From NCBI RefSeq assembly GCF_009914755.1, contig NC_060937.1: a DNA stretch of 64,000 bases; one strand, given 5' to 3'. Source of the DNA: the human T2T-CHM13v2.0 reference genome, Homo sapiens. Both the position numbers and the translations under genes were made by a program. Of this stretch, positions 14,008 through 31,160 are shown in pieces; position 1 is the first letter of the stretch, and each line of letters starts with the position of its first letter. The notes beneath the pieces are model-generated. The model did not search any database. It worked only from the letters and a program-made list of their open reading frames with translations, and was not told the origin of the DNA.

Positions 14008-15719
14008 TGCTATTATCTTAACTTTTAAATAGAATCACTGAGGAGGCAATAATGGACAATTTGTAGGCGATTAAATATAAAATATATGACCAGAGAAATA
14101 ATTTCCAAGGTTTATATGCTATAAGCACTCAACATAATTATGTATATTCTGAAACACTGAATACATTTTTTCTAAATTATTTTATATCCTAGATCAATAA
14201 ATGATGTAACATTTTCTTATACTTCTGTAAAGACTCTGCTACATGCAATTTATTGATTACTAACAATTAGTCACTATGAGAAACCTGTTCATACATCTGA
14301 AATCTTTTATAAATCTACTATGCCATTTAAAGTGTATTTGCTATGACTATACTTTCTTCTTAAAATGCATTATTTATTTATTTATTTTGAGTGATGGTTT
14401 CTTTAGTGCACTTTCTCTCTCTAACAGTAATGCTATCACCTTTTAATTTTTTTTCTTTTTTAACTAAACGCTAGCAGGACCCTAATAACAGTGATATATG
14501 ACTCAGAAATCACAAGGTGATTGATGGCTGCCCATAGGTCTGATAATGACATAGTCTGAAATGAAAATACCATTTACTGATGTGAAAAATAGAGTTGTCC
14601 CTAAAGCCTCTAAAGCATCATTGTGTAAGTTCATAGAAAGTATCAGTAGTGATTATGGTCCAAGTATACCACAGTTAAATTTAGTCTTTGAGGCACCATT
14701 TATTACTGTCCCAAGTACTTTTTTATAGTATCTATAAGCAGAATTCATGGTCATCCAAAAGAGATCAAACTTATAAGTTACTATATCAACTTCTAAAAGT
14801 TAACGAGTAGCCTGGGGATTTAAGATTTACTGTCAGTCCACCAAGAAATGTCAGTGCCCTAGAATATGAGGAGGCAAGTGTCATCTAACTGGATTTGTGA
14901 ACTTTTCACTTTGCCATTCAGTAGACAGCAAACAGAAAATTAGTCTATAAATAATTGAACTTGATTTTTTTTTGAAAATCTATCACAGCATGTTAAAAGC
15001 AATTTTGTTCTTGAATTAGCTCTCCACAAGTAGTAAATATGTCAAACAGTCTTTAAATAATGCAACATATAAAGCAACAGATAAGAAGGTTTAATAAAGG
15101 AAAGGAAGACATTAGAAAATATACAAGATGCATGATTTTGTTGCTTGTATTTTCCTTCTCAGAAAATTGGAATATAAATTCTGTTTCAAAAATGCCAATT
15201 AAATGTAGACAATTTGCATAATGATGTTTTAATATTCTCAGAAAGTGATTCAAACTTGTAAATAAACATTTCTAATATGACTTTATTCTATACACAAAAG
15301 AACATATGTTTTAACCTTATAAAGAAAGAAGATAGAGTTACAAGTTACTCAAATGGCTCATAAAGATATAGAAAAGGTATGAAGAAAATATTATTTCAAT
15401 AAAATACCTGCTAATCAGACATACAAATAAAAAGACAAAAAAATTTTAGGTGGTTTTAAAGAACTGTATGCATAACACTAACAGGTTGGTTTTTTTGTTT
15501 GTTTATATTTTGGTATACATAATCAGGTAAAGAATGTATAATTTAACCCTGATGTAAATAAAATACTAGAGTTGATTTGAATATTTGGTATAAAATCTAA
15601 ATTTATTGTCACTAGTGAGTATAAATACTTATGAAACTGAAATTACTATGAAATAAAGGGTTGCATGCCAATAAATATCTATCAAAGGAATCATTAGTTT
15701 ACTTAATTAGATTTATTGT

Positions 15720-16750
15720 TAAATATTTTTTAAGCTTAAATAATCTAAAACTTACAGAAAGTTGCAAAAATATCACAAATAACATTCTTATTCATGAGGT
15801 AATTGAGTGTAAGTTGCTGACATGATGCTTCATTGTCTAGAAATACTTGGGTGTGCATTTATTGTAAATAAAAACATTATCCTACAAAACCTGATACAAT
15901 CATCATCATCAGGCAAATAACACTGGGGAGGTAGTTTAAGACTATGGAATTATCTCATTCTTCATCAAACTTTTAATATTTACTTATTTCTTTCTATCAG
16001 TCTCTTTTCATACCTGCCTATCTTATTTATTGGCAAAAATCCCTTATTATCATTATTTATTTTGATACTGAATTTTTCCCAGATTTGTAGAGTGAAAGTC
16101 TCTTCCAGGTAGCTTGTGTGTGACTTTGACACGTTTGCATTACATGTGAGCACATTCTTACTTCCTGTCATGTGTGTGGAACCTGTAATGCAAACGTGTC
16201 AAAGTCACACACAAACTACCTTGAAGGGACTTTCACAGTCTTACTTCCTGTCTTGTGTGTGGAACACAGACACACACACACACACACACACACAGACACC
16301 ATGTTCCAGGTCATTTTCTAGTTTTCTACTCAGCCTTGCAAACAGTCCTTTCTCGAAGGAAACTTGGTTCCTTTTAAGGGAGAATGGTATTATAAAGTGC
16401 TATTTATAAACTGTTATTGATAAATGGTATTAATAAACTGGTATGTATGCAACACACACGTGCATGTGTTTTATACATACATATGTACACATATGTATAT
16501 GAATAATATATATACACATATGTATAAATATATATGTGCTGTATATATTTTACATATATACACACCTCCATGCATGTATGTATATCTACATATATATATG
16601 CATATACATGGAGGTATGTATACAGATATATATATATAACATGCAGCTATAAGTTCACATCTCATATTTCTATCCAAAACTACAATGTTTATTTTAGTTT
16701 TCTCTCTTAACATATTTGTGCCTTTCTGCTTTCTCAGTGAAAAAGCTGTA
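15720..16750 (-). mobile_element. L1MC4/5-like 3'UTR fragment with embedded (CA)n and (TA)n-like tracts
   Basis: cttacagaaagttgcaaaaata; tttctcgaaggaaacttggttccttttaagggagaatggtatt. Confidence 0.75.
16092..16236. repeat. Inverted repeat, 53-bp arms (3 mismatches), 39-nt spacer
   Basis: 16092-16144 is the reverse complement of 16184-16236; associated 32-bp direct repeat at 16151-16182 and 16234-16265. Confidence 0.95.
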
Positions 16751-16954
16751 TATAATCACCTTAAATCAATTTACTTGTTTGACAAATCTGATTGTATATA
16801 CTCAACTCATTACTGCTACTGTTCATGGTTCTTGCAGAAATACCTGCCTCAACCTACTAGGTTTCAATCTCCTCCATTTTCATGATAATTTGAAGATACC
16901 TGACACATAATAAGTGTGGAGGTAGTTGAGAAAACAAACGGGGGTAGAAAATAT

Positions 16955-17290
16955 GGCTTGTTAGCCACCATCCATTTCAATATTCTAAAATGTCTTCTTC
17001 CTTAGCAAAATTCAAAATCTAAAAACTGTATTTCCCAGAATCCTTTACATTGTTGTTCTTGGTTGGATTTAACTGACACCAGATAGATGTACTCCTGCAA
17101 TTTTGACAAATGGAAGGGAAGAATATTTTGTAGGCCACTCTTGCTATTTCTTCAGGTACCTATCATCATAGATGTTTTCAGTGTTTTTCTCTCAGCTTCC
17201 TGGTACTGATAGTTTCTGATCATGGTGGCTTCTAATCATAATTGCCTTACTTAAATTGTGTTTGTCTAATCATAGTTCTGTAGTCAGTAG
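16955..17290 (+). mobile_element. LTR33-like ERVL LTR fragment
   Basis: ctaaaaactgtatttcccagaatcctttaca...accagatagatgtactcctgc matches the LTR33 core; approximate. Confidence 0.55.
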
Positions 17291-18089
17291 TAGTTATGGC
17301 AGCTTTCTAAATAGGGTGCCAGAGCTGCCTTAGCTACCTGGTTCTTTAGAATAATCCCAATGTCATTTCTAAAATCCAAGCTAAAGTTTATTTCTTTAGG
17401 CTTCCCAAAGGTATTGTAATGCATTTCATAGAGAACAATATTTTCTTTCGGACAGAAAGTATATTCCATAAATATAGGAATATGGTCTATTTTATTCACT
17501 GATACATGCAAACACAAATACCTAAAACAATACTTGGTCCCAAGACTGCGCTTAACATAGCAATAAAACCCTGAAAATAATCACTTGATAACATTTTATT
17601 TTTCTATAGACTCCATGCAATTAGAAATTCAGTCCATCTCACTCACTATACGTTTCTCTTTTCACCATAAAGTCTCTCAGCTTTTGGTCTATTCAAGACA
17701 CGTATTTCAAGAAACCAGATGTCAATCATGCACTACCAATACATGACCTTCTTATGCTAATGGAAACCTCTTTTGCAAGAAAGTGATGTTATTCTTTTGA
17801 AAATTTAGGGGTCTGGCTTATTCTAAAACATTTCTGGAGATACATTAATTTGAATTCGTTGGGCTACTGTATCCAAGTAAAGACAAAGACAAGTTGCTTT
17901 TTAGAGTACTTGCTATATTCCATTGTTCTGTGTGCTGGGATATAAACAATGCAGGAAAACAGACAGAAATGCCTGTCTTTATGAAGGCATGAAGTTTGGA
18001 AGAGAGGTAGTGTACATGATTGGTATGAAATAATATAACCTATTAGATGACAATTATTGCAAAGAAGAAATATAAATGCAAATGCTGGT

Positions 18090-18900
18090 CCTTTTCCATT
18101 TGGGCCTTTTAACTTGGATTTTATAACACACTAGATCCAAAGATGTTTGAAATGCTTTTGGCAGATGAGTGATAAGTATAATAGGAAAATAAATAGAAAA
18201 GATCTAGATTTATTTCTTCTTTGGAAAATACGTATTTTCTTTATGAAAAACTCCTGGACTTGTTAGGTCTTGAACAATCCTGAATTTCTAACAGTAAGTT
18301 ACCATGTAAGCATGCAACATGAGCTAGCCATATTGAGTAGGGTGTGATACAGAAACCCAAAAATACAGGTGGATGTAGTAGCAAGATTCTACTGTTACTT
18401 GGAAGTTGCCTTTGCAAGGAAAGATTCAAGCAAATTTTGACTTTATTAATAAATTGGATGAACATGTGGCTTGTACTTTCAATGCACCTACTTCTGATTC
18501 AGTGACACTTCTTCCTCAATACACACCTAGGATTCCCAGAGAAATTTGTTATGATCTTTTGCCTGAAGAAGAAACAATTGGCTTTGATTTATGCATTTTG
18601 CATAATATGCTAGTACCAGCTGGGATTAGACTATTAGAGCATGGAAGCTCCACTTGAGGGTGTTCTGGAAATATGAAAAAAAAATAGAATCTCTTCTAAT
18701 GGGCTAAACTTCAAGCTGTACAAACTTCAAGCTGGTACAGTGCTGTCCACTGTAGAAGGGGAATTGTTTAGAAGCACCAGTCTATGATTCATAGACAGTT
18801 GCTAATTGCTTTGTAAATATATCAGGTATTTGCCATTATTGAGAATATGAATTGGTTACAAGGAAATTTGGGTTATGCAGCTGGAACACTTAAAATGGCT
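18090..18900 (+). mobile_element. ERVL/MaLR-class internal fragment (pol connection/RNase H region), degraded
   Basis: Collinear with ERVL pol as recalled: catttgggcc...agatccaaagatgtttgaaatg; tatgatcttttgcctgaagaaga; tgggctaaacttcaagc; aattggttacaaggaaatttggg. Confidence 0.65.
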
Positions 18901-19154
18901 TAATATAATAGAAATATTTCCTTCCATTCTGAATGTTGACTAATTATTGTAATAAACAGATGGTCAAAGAAGACCTATTCTATGGATGGTTTCTGTAGTT
19001 TTATTGAGTGATTGTTATAGCACAAGCATTTTCTGTGGGATTGCAAACATTACATAAAATAAACAAAAATGCCTATTTTCACATAAACTTTCTAAAGTTG
19101 TGGAGAGAGAAAAGGGACACCATCAATATAAAAATATATAATGCATTGGATAAT

Positions 19155-21212
<2,058 letters not shown>

Positions 21213-21224
21213 TGTAATGGGAAT

Positions 21225-21523
21225 GAACATTTAAAAAATTTACCAACTACCTTTCCATCTGCCATTTATTTGCCTTTCCTCAAGGGACTCAAACTCTTTT
21301 CCTGTCTTGTCACTTCTCTAAAAATGTTCTGCACTTTATTGAAGATGCAATGTATGCTGCAATTCAAAGTTATCTCTTTGAGAACTATTCATTCTCTGGT
21401 GTCTCCTGTGTATATATAAAATGTTCATGTTGATAAACTTTTGTCTTTCTCTTATTAGTCTGTCTTTTAAAACAGGAGTCTGTTCCAACTAAGAAATTAT
21501 GGAGGTTAGGTTTCCCCTGCACA
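21225..21523 (+). mobile_element. 3' half of a MER34-family ERV1 LTR
   Basis: gataaacttttgtctttctcttattagtctgtcttttaaaacaggagtc...tttcccctgcaca matches the MER34-type U5 end. Confidence 0.6.
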
Positions 21524-22120
21524 AGGTTGACATCTTTCTTTCCATAGGTAACCATTTTTTTTGTCTACTTACTAAATCTGAGAATTGTTAATATAACACA
21601 ATTTAACACAAATTTCAAAAATATGAAAAAGTATTTCATGACAGTTATATAGACAAAAATAAGAAGAAATGAATTAAAACTGATAATATGGGAAATCACA
21701 AAACATAACCAATGTAAAACATATTCTTTGTTTCAATATATTTTTGTAAATATTTAAAATAGTTTGGTCCAAGGAAAATGTTGTGACCACACTTTGAAAA
21801 GAGAAAATATATGACTATTGAAATTTCTGATCCTTTAAGTCTTATACTAAAAAAAATAAATAAATATGAAATGTGTGATAAAATCAGTTTCTCAGTACCT
21901 GGATGAGAAAAGGTTACTCTGAAGGGCAAGACTACAATTGAGAGTGATTGTTCATTTGCTTAGTGACCTGAAGAATAAGTGGCACTTTTTGGAATTTTCT
22001 TGGTTGGAGGAAGTAATACTTGCCTGCTTTTGCCAGCAAGTTTGCCTCCTGGCCAGTCAACAGGGGAATTAGTCTGGTCTATTTTAAAGAGGTAATTTAT
22101 CCCTGGAATTAGTTAATACT

Positions 22121-22285
22121 AGCAATGGCTTTGTAAAGTACAAGTCCTATCAAACTAATCTAAACTTGATCAATCAAGGGCAAGCAATAGATGCAATCTT
22201 TCTTGACATGACCAATGATTTTGGTGCTAACTCACATGAAATATTTCTCAGAAAACTGGGAAAATGTGTTCTTGTTAGAGCCTGA
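22121..22285 (+). mobile_element. CR1/L3 LINE reverse-transcriptase remnant
   Basis: Open frame SNGFVKYKSYQTNL..NQGQAIDAIFLDMTNDFGANSHEIFLRKLGKCVL, resembling CR1 RT (QHGF.K.KSC.TNL...VD.IYLDFSKAFD.V.H.IL..KL). Confidence 0.75.
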
Positions 22286-23059
22286 TTTTTAGTTCACTGT
22301 ACAACTGTTTGGTCCTGCAAACAAATATTCACTGCCTTTTTGGCAATCAAAGAATAATAACAGCAAGAACAATAACAAACATAAAAAGCATATAAGAGGA
22401 AAGAACAAATATCCTTTATATGTGAACTAAATTTAATTTTACTTACTAACAATGATAATGTCTATTATATTTAGAGTAATGTTGGGCACTTTACATCCAA
22501 GTATGTGCTGGTTGACAGTGGAGCAACCATGTGTTAGGTATTATTATAAGGATGCTAAATTTATTTCTGCTTAAGAGCCAAAATTTGTAAACCATGGCTA
22601 TAGCTCCTAAACTGATGATTACTACATTCTATTCTATCATCTCCCAATGCATCATTTTTAATCTGAATTTTTTGTTTCCCTCCCCTTGAAACAAAATAAT
22701 GTTGCACTTTCTCAATGTATTTTTTGGAAGGGGTAGATAATCCCTATTCCAGGCCACTCTTATTCACCTGTTAGATAACTGAAATGTATACACAAATACA
22801 GATAGCTTTAATTGGCCTGAAAAGTATGTATTTCCTACATAAGCTTGCACTTCTTTGACCCCTTTTTCTAAGTGTTTGGCTTCTATTTTTTAAGTAAACC
22901 AGAAATACTTCTTCACTAGAAATGTTTCCAAATCCATAATTCTGATATCAAAGAATCATTTTACTGCATTTCAGAGTTGGAAGGGATATTTAAGTTTATT
23001 TAATTTAGTTACTCTTTCTGGGCTTGAATTCCTTTAAAAGCATCAAATTAAACTTTTCA

Positions 23060-24320
23060 GTTAAATTCAATTAGAACTGCATTTATTAAGTACTTCCCCT
23101 TTAGCTAACACTATGCTAGGCTCTAAATGTACAAAGATAAGTATAAAGTTCCAGCCTTAGATACTCATTATTTAATGAAGAGGTAGGGACAAGCATAAAA
23201 ACAGATATAAATCGATAAAATTAATTTATTAGGCAGGGCATGGTGGCCCATGCCTGTAATCCTACCACTTTGGGAGGCCAAAGAGAGAGGATCACTTGAG
23301 GCCAAGAGTTCAAGATCATCCTGGACAATATAGTGAGACCCTGTCTCTATATTATTTTTTTTTAAGTAGCCAGGTGTAATGGTGCATGCGTGTAGTCCCA
23401 GCTACTCAGGAGGATGAGGTGGGCATGAGCCCAGGAGTTTAAGGCTGCAGTGAGTTGACTGTGCCACTGCACTCCAGCCTGGGTGATGGAGCCAGATCCT
23501 GTCACTGAAAAACAATAAAAGTAAAAAATTAATTTATTAAAGTTTTCATGGTATATAATAATAGTACAGGGTATAGATACCCTAACATTGTCTGAGGAAG
23601 CCAGAGATTTTCAAATAGAAGATTAAATTGAGGACAGGACATAGTGGAGTAGGAGGAGCCACAGGAGGAGTCTAGAAAATAGGCAGTCTGATAGAGCGTC
23701 TTATTCACATATGCATAATGAGGAGCAACTCAATACAGTTGAGACATAGCACTTGTCATATCACATCAAATTTTGTTTTTTGCCCAATTGTCTCTGAATA
23801 GATTGAAAGGATTTGCAAAAAAAAAAAAAAGTACTTTATTTTCCTATTCCTAGTTCCCAGCAAAATATCTACCAAATTGGTAATTTTTTTTAAGAAAAAT
23901 TCACCAGACTTTATAAAATCGTGACTCATAATCATTAATGGTGTAGCTGGAACCATAGGTTTAGATGAGATCACTCATAATGTCTACATAGAGTTAGATG
24001 AAATGTCTGAAGATTTAACTTACTATATATATCAATATTGAAAGGTGAGAATGAGTAAAAAAAAAACTACACAAATAACTAAAAAGAGTAGTTAAACATG
24101 TTAGGAGATAGATATATTAATGCAAAGGCAACTAAGATAGACACATATTTCAAGAATATGTGTGTAGGCAGAATGGTAGCAAAATGTTAAGCAAAGGAAA
24201 TGTATTCATTAATTATAACTGGTAGAGGGTATCTGAAGACCTTTGGGGAATTGTTTCATAAAGGGGTTTGGATTTAACTCATTATACTGAGCTGAGGAGT
24301 AAACTAGCGGTAAGAAATTA
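23060..24320 (-). mobile_element. L2 fragments flanking an AluJ
   Basis: catttattaagtact...cactatgctaggctct; tagctggaaccataggtttagatgagatcact; approximate. Confidence 0.6.
23232..23524 (+). mobile_element. Alu SINE (AluJ)
   Basis: J-type gaggccaagagttcaagatc and aggctgcagtgag; TSD aaaattaatttatta at 23217-23231 and 23525-23539. Confidence 0.93.
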
Positions 24321-24339
24321 CATCAAGTAATTCTTAGAG

Positions 24340-24484
24340 TAGTCCTATAAGGCAGGTTCCGCACACATCCCATATTACAGGTAAGAGCACTGTGATTCTA
24401 GAGCTTAGAGAATTAAATAAATAATCATGGGTATTTCAGCTAATTATCTGCATAGCTGAGATATGAATCCAGGTAACTGACTCA
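24340..24484 (-). mobile_element. MIR SINE fragment
   Basis: cccatattacaggtaagagcactgtgattctagag...gagatatgaatccagg. Confidence 0.55.
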
Positions 24485-24697
24485 TGGTGGTGTGTTAGAC
24501 CTGGCTCAAATTCTCAACAGCCATTTATTAAATGTCTAGAAAATGTGAAAGACAATGGTCAAACCATTGGTAGTTGGAAATATGACGTGAGGTCGTGTTG
24601 AGAATATTTACACCACAAAAATTGAGAAGCAGTATGTCAAAACCTTTTTTTAGTTTGTATTTTTTAGTAAGATAGCCAGTTTACTGCCAAATCACTG
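24485..24697 (+). mobile_element. hAT MITE, MER63A-like
   Basis: ggtggtgtgttaga...aaaccattggtagttggaaat...atatttacaccacaaaaattg...gccagtttactgccaaatcactg. Confidence 0.65.
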
Positions 24698-24787
24698 CAG
24701 GGTCCACATTATTAACTACTCCTGTACTACGTATTTAGGTCTAAGAGTAGTTTATAATGAAAGAAACTTATGTAGACTCAAACTTAA

Positions 24788-26726
<1,939 letters not shown>

Positions 26727-26849
26727 TTTGGCTTCTATGTTTTAGGATGCTAGATATGTTCCAGATCTATAAACTTCTGAAGTACCATTTAAAATGTATA
26801 GAAGTTATCTTACAAACAAATGCTGAGGCAGGGAATTTTCGTATAATGA

Positions 26850-27220
26850 AAATGCTAGTTTTCATTAGCATTGTTTGATATTGAAAAACTGGATACAAAC
26901 TAAAAACTTTCATACATTGAATACTATGAAGGTTTTAAAAAGAATAAAGCAGTTTTACATATTTGCATAGGGAATAGTCTCTAGGATATATTATTAAATG
27001 AATACAACCAAGTGCACAGAATTGCATTTAATATGTTATTTGTGGCCAATATTTAAGTACAGGTATATATGCATAGAGTATGTATGAAATGTTTCATAAG
27101 AAACTGGTAGAAGTAGCTTCATTTGGGAAGGAGCATTGGGAAGCCTAAAGAAAAAATTTGGAGTAAGACTTCTCATGTATTGCTTTGTGCTTGGATTACC
27201 TATTAAAATAATTCAGTAAA
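26850..27220 (+). mobile_element. L1ME-like 3' fragment
   Basis: gcattgtttgatattgaaaaactgga; gaatactatgaaggttttaaaaagaat; ctctaggatatattattaaatg. Confidence 0.6.
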
Positions 27221-27945
27221 AATGTTAAGAAGATGTATACTTAATGAAGGACTGTTAACAGATATGAAGACTTTCCAATTTTAGATATTTTAATGTTTAC
27301 ATAGATTTTAAAAATTATAGATATCTTCAGAACCAGCTTTCTTACTGTACTCCCCCATCCCCTCCCCCAAATATGCCCCTAAGGAACTCCTGGAAATCCC
27401 TTTAACTGATTAAACTGTAAATTTTTGACCCTTGATGGCTTATTGCTAGATTAACCTAAGCACTTATATTTTTAGTAGAAATCAGTGGTACCTTTGATCT
27501 CTCTGATAATACCCCAAATTTGCTACACACCAAATATTATTTAGTCTTCTCACAAGGAAAAGTGTTTCCACTTTTTCTTTAAAACTCTTATTGCTGCTAT
27601 ATTATGTAATGTTTTTAGCAGTAAGACTATTACTATTTCCTAACATTGTACCATCCCACTCTATTTTTAATGTATTGCTGTATTTATTTTTCTAAATCAC
27701 TAATTTGTGTTACCCAATTAATTAAAATGTTCAATCAATGGCTTCTACTCTGTACAAAATAAAGGGCAAATACTTTAATCTCCTAGTCAAATCTCTTTAC
27801 ATTATAGTTTGGAATTAATATAATGTGATCAATGATTTAAATTAGGACCAGGTACACGAAGAGGACTCACTCAAGATATGGAAGAAGTTATTGAGCATTA
27901 ATGTGAGGATGCAGTACACACAAAGTAATATAAAAGAACAAAAGT

Positions 27946-28313
<368 letters not shown>

Positions 28314-28974
28314 TTACTAGTTGGTCAAATGGCACCCCTTTTTAACAGTAGAAACAGCATCTTTCTATCTATAAGGCTATGGAACAAAAAGACACCACCA
28401 AAAGGCTGATAAAGTGAATACAGATATTGATTCACGGAATGTTTCTCTCACAGACTAAGTTAAATGTTCCATCTCTCAGGTCATCATATCTGTGAAATTG
28501 TATGCATGACTAAACAAGCAGTTTTGAAATTGACATTGCTGAGTACTATCTGCCACAAATACAAAGGTCTATATAGATATAAATTAAAATCTGTATCACA
28601 AGCAAATTCCAAATCTAATTGTCTCTATTTATTTGCAGGTCATTAGTGGCCAGGTCCTTGAGAAATCAGGTTTCATATTCACTTACTTATGTCTGCTGTA
28701 ATCTCTTTATCTCACATTTATCATATTATTTGTTATTTCTGATAGTCTACATTCTTACATTGTAGATTTATTTATTTATTATTATTTTGCTATACAATCT
28801 TTAATATCTCTAGAATTTACTTTTATATATGTTAATATATGGATATCTATTTGTCAATCTATCTTATCTATCTATCCTATCTATCATCATCATCTACTAA
28901 TGTTTTCAATTCTATTTGCTCGAAAAAAATTGCAGATTTTTTTTCTTCATGAACTAAGGTAGATCCTATATCAC

Positions 28975-29660
28975 ATTTTAAAATCACTATTTAGGTACAA
29001 TATACATAAAAAGGGTACAAATCACATAGTTCACAACTGGATAAGTTTTCACAAATTGAACATGCCTATGTATCCAGCACCCAACCCAAGAAATAGAACA
29101 TTAACACATCACCTTTCAGGCCCCTGCTGCCATTCTTTCTTGTCCTTTACCCCAAGTGTAACAGCACAGAAAAATTCATCTGTTTCTGTGGTTTATACAA
29201 ATATAATTACACATCATAATTTTTGGTTGCTTTTAGCTTTCTTTGATGAAGAGTATATTTGAAGGATTCTTGTATTGTTCCATGTCCTGAGAGACCATTC
29301 ATTCTCATTGCAGTAGAAGTTGGTATGTTAGCATGTCACAATTTATTTATCCATCCAACTGCTGGTGGACATTTGAGTGATTTTCAGGTTGTGACTATTA
29401 GAAATAATGTTAATATGAACAGACAGCACATATCTTCCTAGGTATGCATTTCTGATGGATATATGCCCAGGAGTAGAATTACTGGATCATAGGAAATGCG
29501 TATGTTCAACTTTAGTAGGTGCTTCCGAGCACTTTTCCAAAGTGTCTGTAACAATTTACAGTCACACCATTACTTGTGTATGAAAGTTCTAGTTGCTCTA
29601 AATTCTTGCTATCAATTACTTAGAATTTTTTATTTCTAGTCATTTTAGTGGGTGAGAGTA
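28975..29660 (-). mobile_element. L1ME-type 3' fragment
   Basis: Antisense L1 motifs ggacatttgagtgattttcag, aggagtagaattactggatcatagg, ttttccaaagtg. Confidence 0.8.
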
Positions 29661-30062
29661 AACACTTTTGCAGGTATATCTTAATGCAGTATTTATGATA
29701 AATTACTTCCTATTGATCTGTGGATCATCATGTACTGACTGATATTCCAACTAGAGTATATTTGTATGACTCCTCACTGCATTTATCTCCCAAATTATTA
29801 CTTTTCTCATGGGTTTGTGCAAATGTACTTTAGAATAATATTCCTAGAAATTTTGTTGAGATTGCATTAATTATATAAATTAATCCAAGGAAACATAAAA
29901 TCTTTACCATAGTCAGTATTGTTTTCCAGGATCACCCTATTGCATGTGTATACATTGTGTGTCAAGGAGTTAGGCAATGAGGTGGCCCTGTTCACATACA
30001 TGGATATATGATTTTTCATTTATTCCTGAATTCTTAAGACTTTCAGCAAATTTTACCATTTT

Positions 30063-31160
30063 TGTCAAGATCTCTGAAAGATCTGAGTTTCTTTTTCTAC
30101 TTAAGAGCTATATTAATTTTCTATTGATTCTGTAGCACACATTTAGCAGATAAAACAGCATCTATTTATTATCTCAGATCTCTGTAGGTTAAGTCTAACA
30201 CCAGGCTTACTGGGCTAAAGTCAAGATATCAGCATTGCTGTATTCCTTACTGAAGGCCCTGGAGGAGTATCTGGTTTCCAGGATCTTCAGGTTATTAGCC
30301 AAATTCAGTTCCATATGATTGTAGGACTGAAATATCCATTTCTTTTCTGGTTATCTACTGGAAATTTTTCTTAGCTACTACAGGCCATGGGCTTGACTTA
30401 AATCACACTGCCCATTGTCTTCTCCAAAGCTGGCAATGGTGCACTGAATCCTTCTTACTTTTGAATCTCTCTGACCTCCCTTTAGGCTTCATCTGTCGTG
30501 CTTTACTCTTCTGCCATATTTCTCTGACTCCAGCTGGCAAAATGTCTCTGCTGTTAAGGGACTTGATTGGGCCCACAAGAATTATTCAGATAATGTTTCC
30601 ATTTGAGTTCTGTAATATTCATTACATTTGCAAAATGTGTTCATATCAATACCTGCATTAGTGTTTGAATAACCAAAAAATGAGAATCGTGGGAGTTATT
30701 TCACTACTACACAAACTAATGGGTTAACCTGTTACCCCTTCATGGATGCTGGCACCCATTTGGGACTCTAATGAGACAAATAATTTTATTACTCATGGCA
30801 TAGCAAGCAATACCTGTATTAACATATTTGCTCAGGTTTACATTTCCCCTAAGTCCCTCAGGTGCCATGCAGAAAGCCAGATGATACTTGTACATGCAGT
30901 AGGTTGGATTAGAGAGGAACCCAAGCACTTTTCAAGCAAGCCATAAATATTATAGTTAGCAGCAAATAAGCCACTTCTCCTCCCATCAGGGAGAGTGCAG
31001 TTTCAAAGTTTTCGCACTGGTTTTTTTCGATCTATTTAGTTGCCTATGTGACTAGCCATAGAGACTATTATCAAAAGATGGATAAGCCTGGCATTCTGGC
31101 AAACTCAGCAAGAGTGTGCAGGGATGCTCAGGGCTTGTGGCAAACTGCCTCTTCTCAACA
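30063..31160 (-). mobile_element. LTR40-family solo LTR (LTR40c-like) split by an MLT1E LTR
   Basis: Reverse complement starts TGTTGAGAAGAGGCAG; its 3' end (...ctcagatctttcagagatcttgaca) lies at 30063-30108 beyond the MLT insertion; approximate TSD CATTT. Confidence 0.75.
30109..30711 (-). mobile_element. MLT1E-family MaLR LTR
   Basis: tatattaattttctattg...aattcagttccatatgattgtaggactga...ctactaca. Confidence 0.8.
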
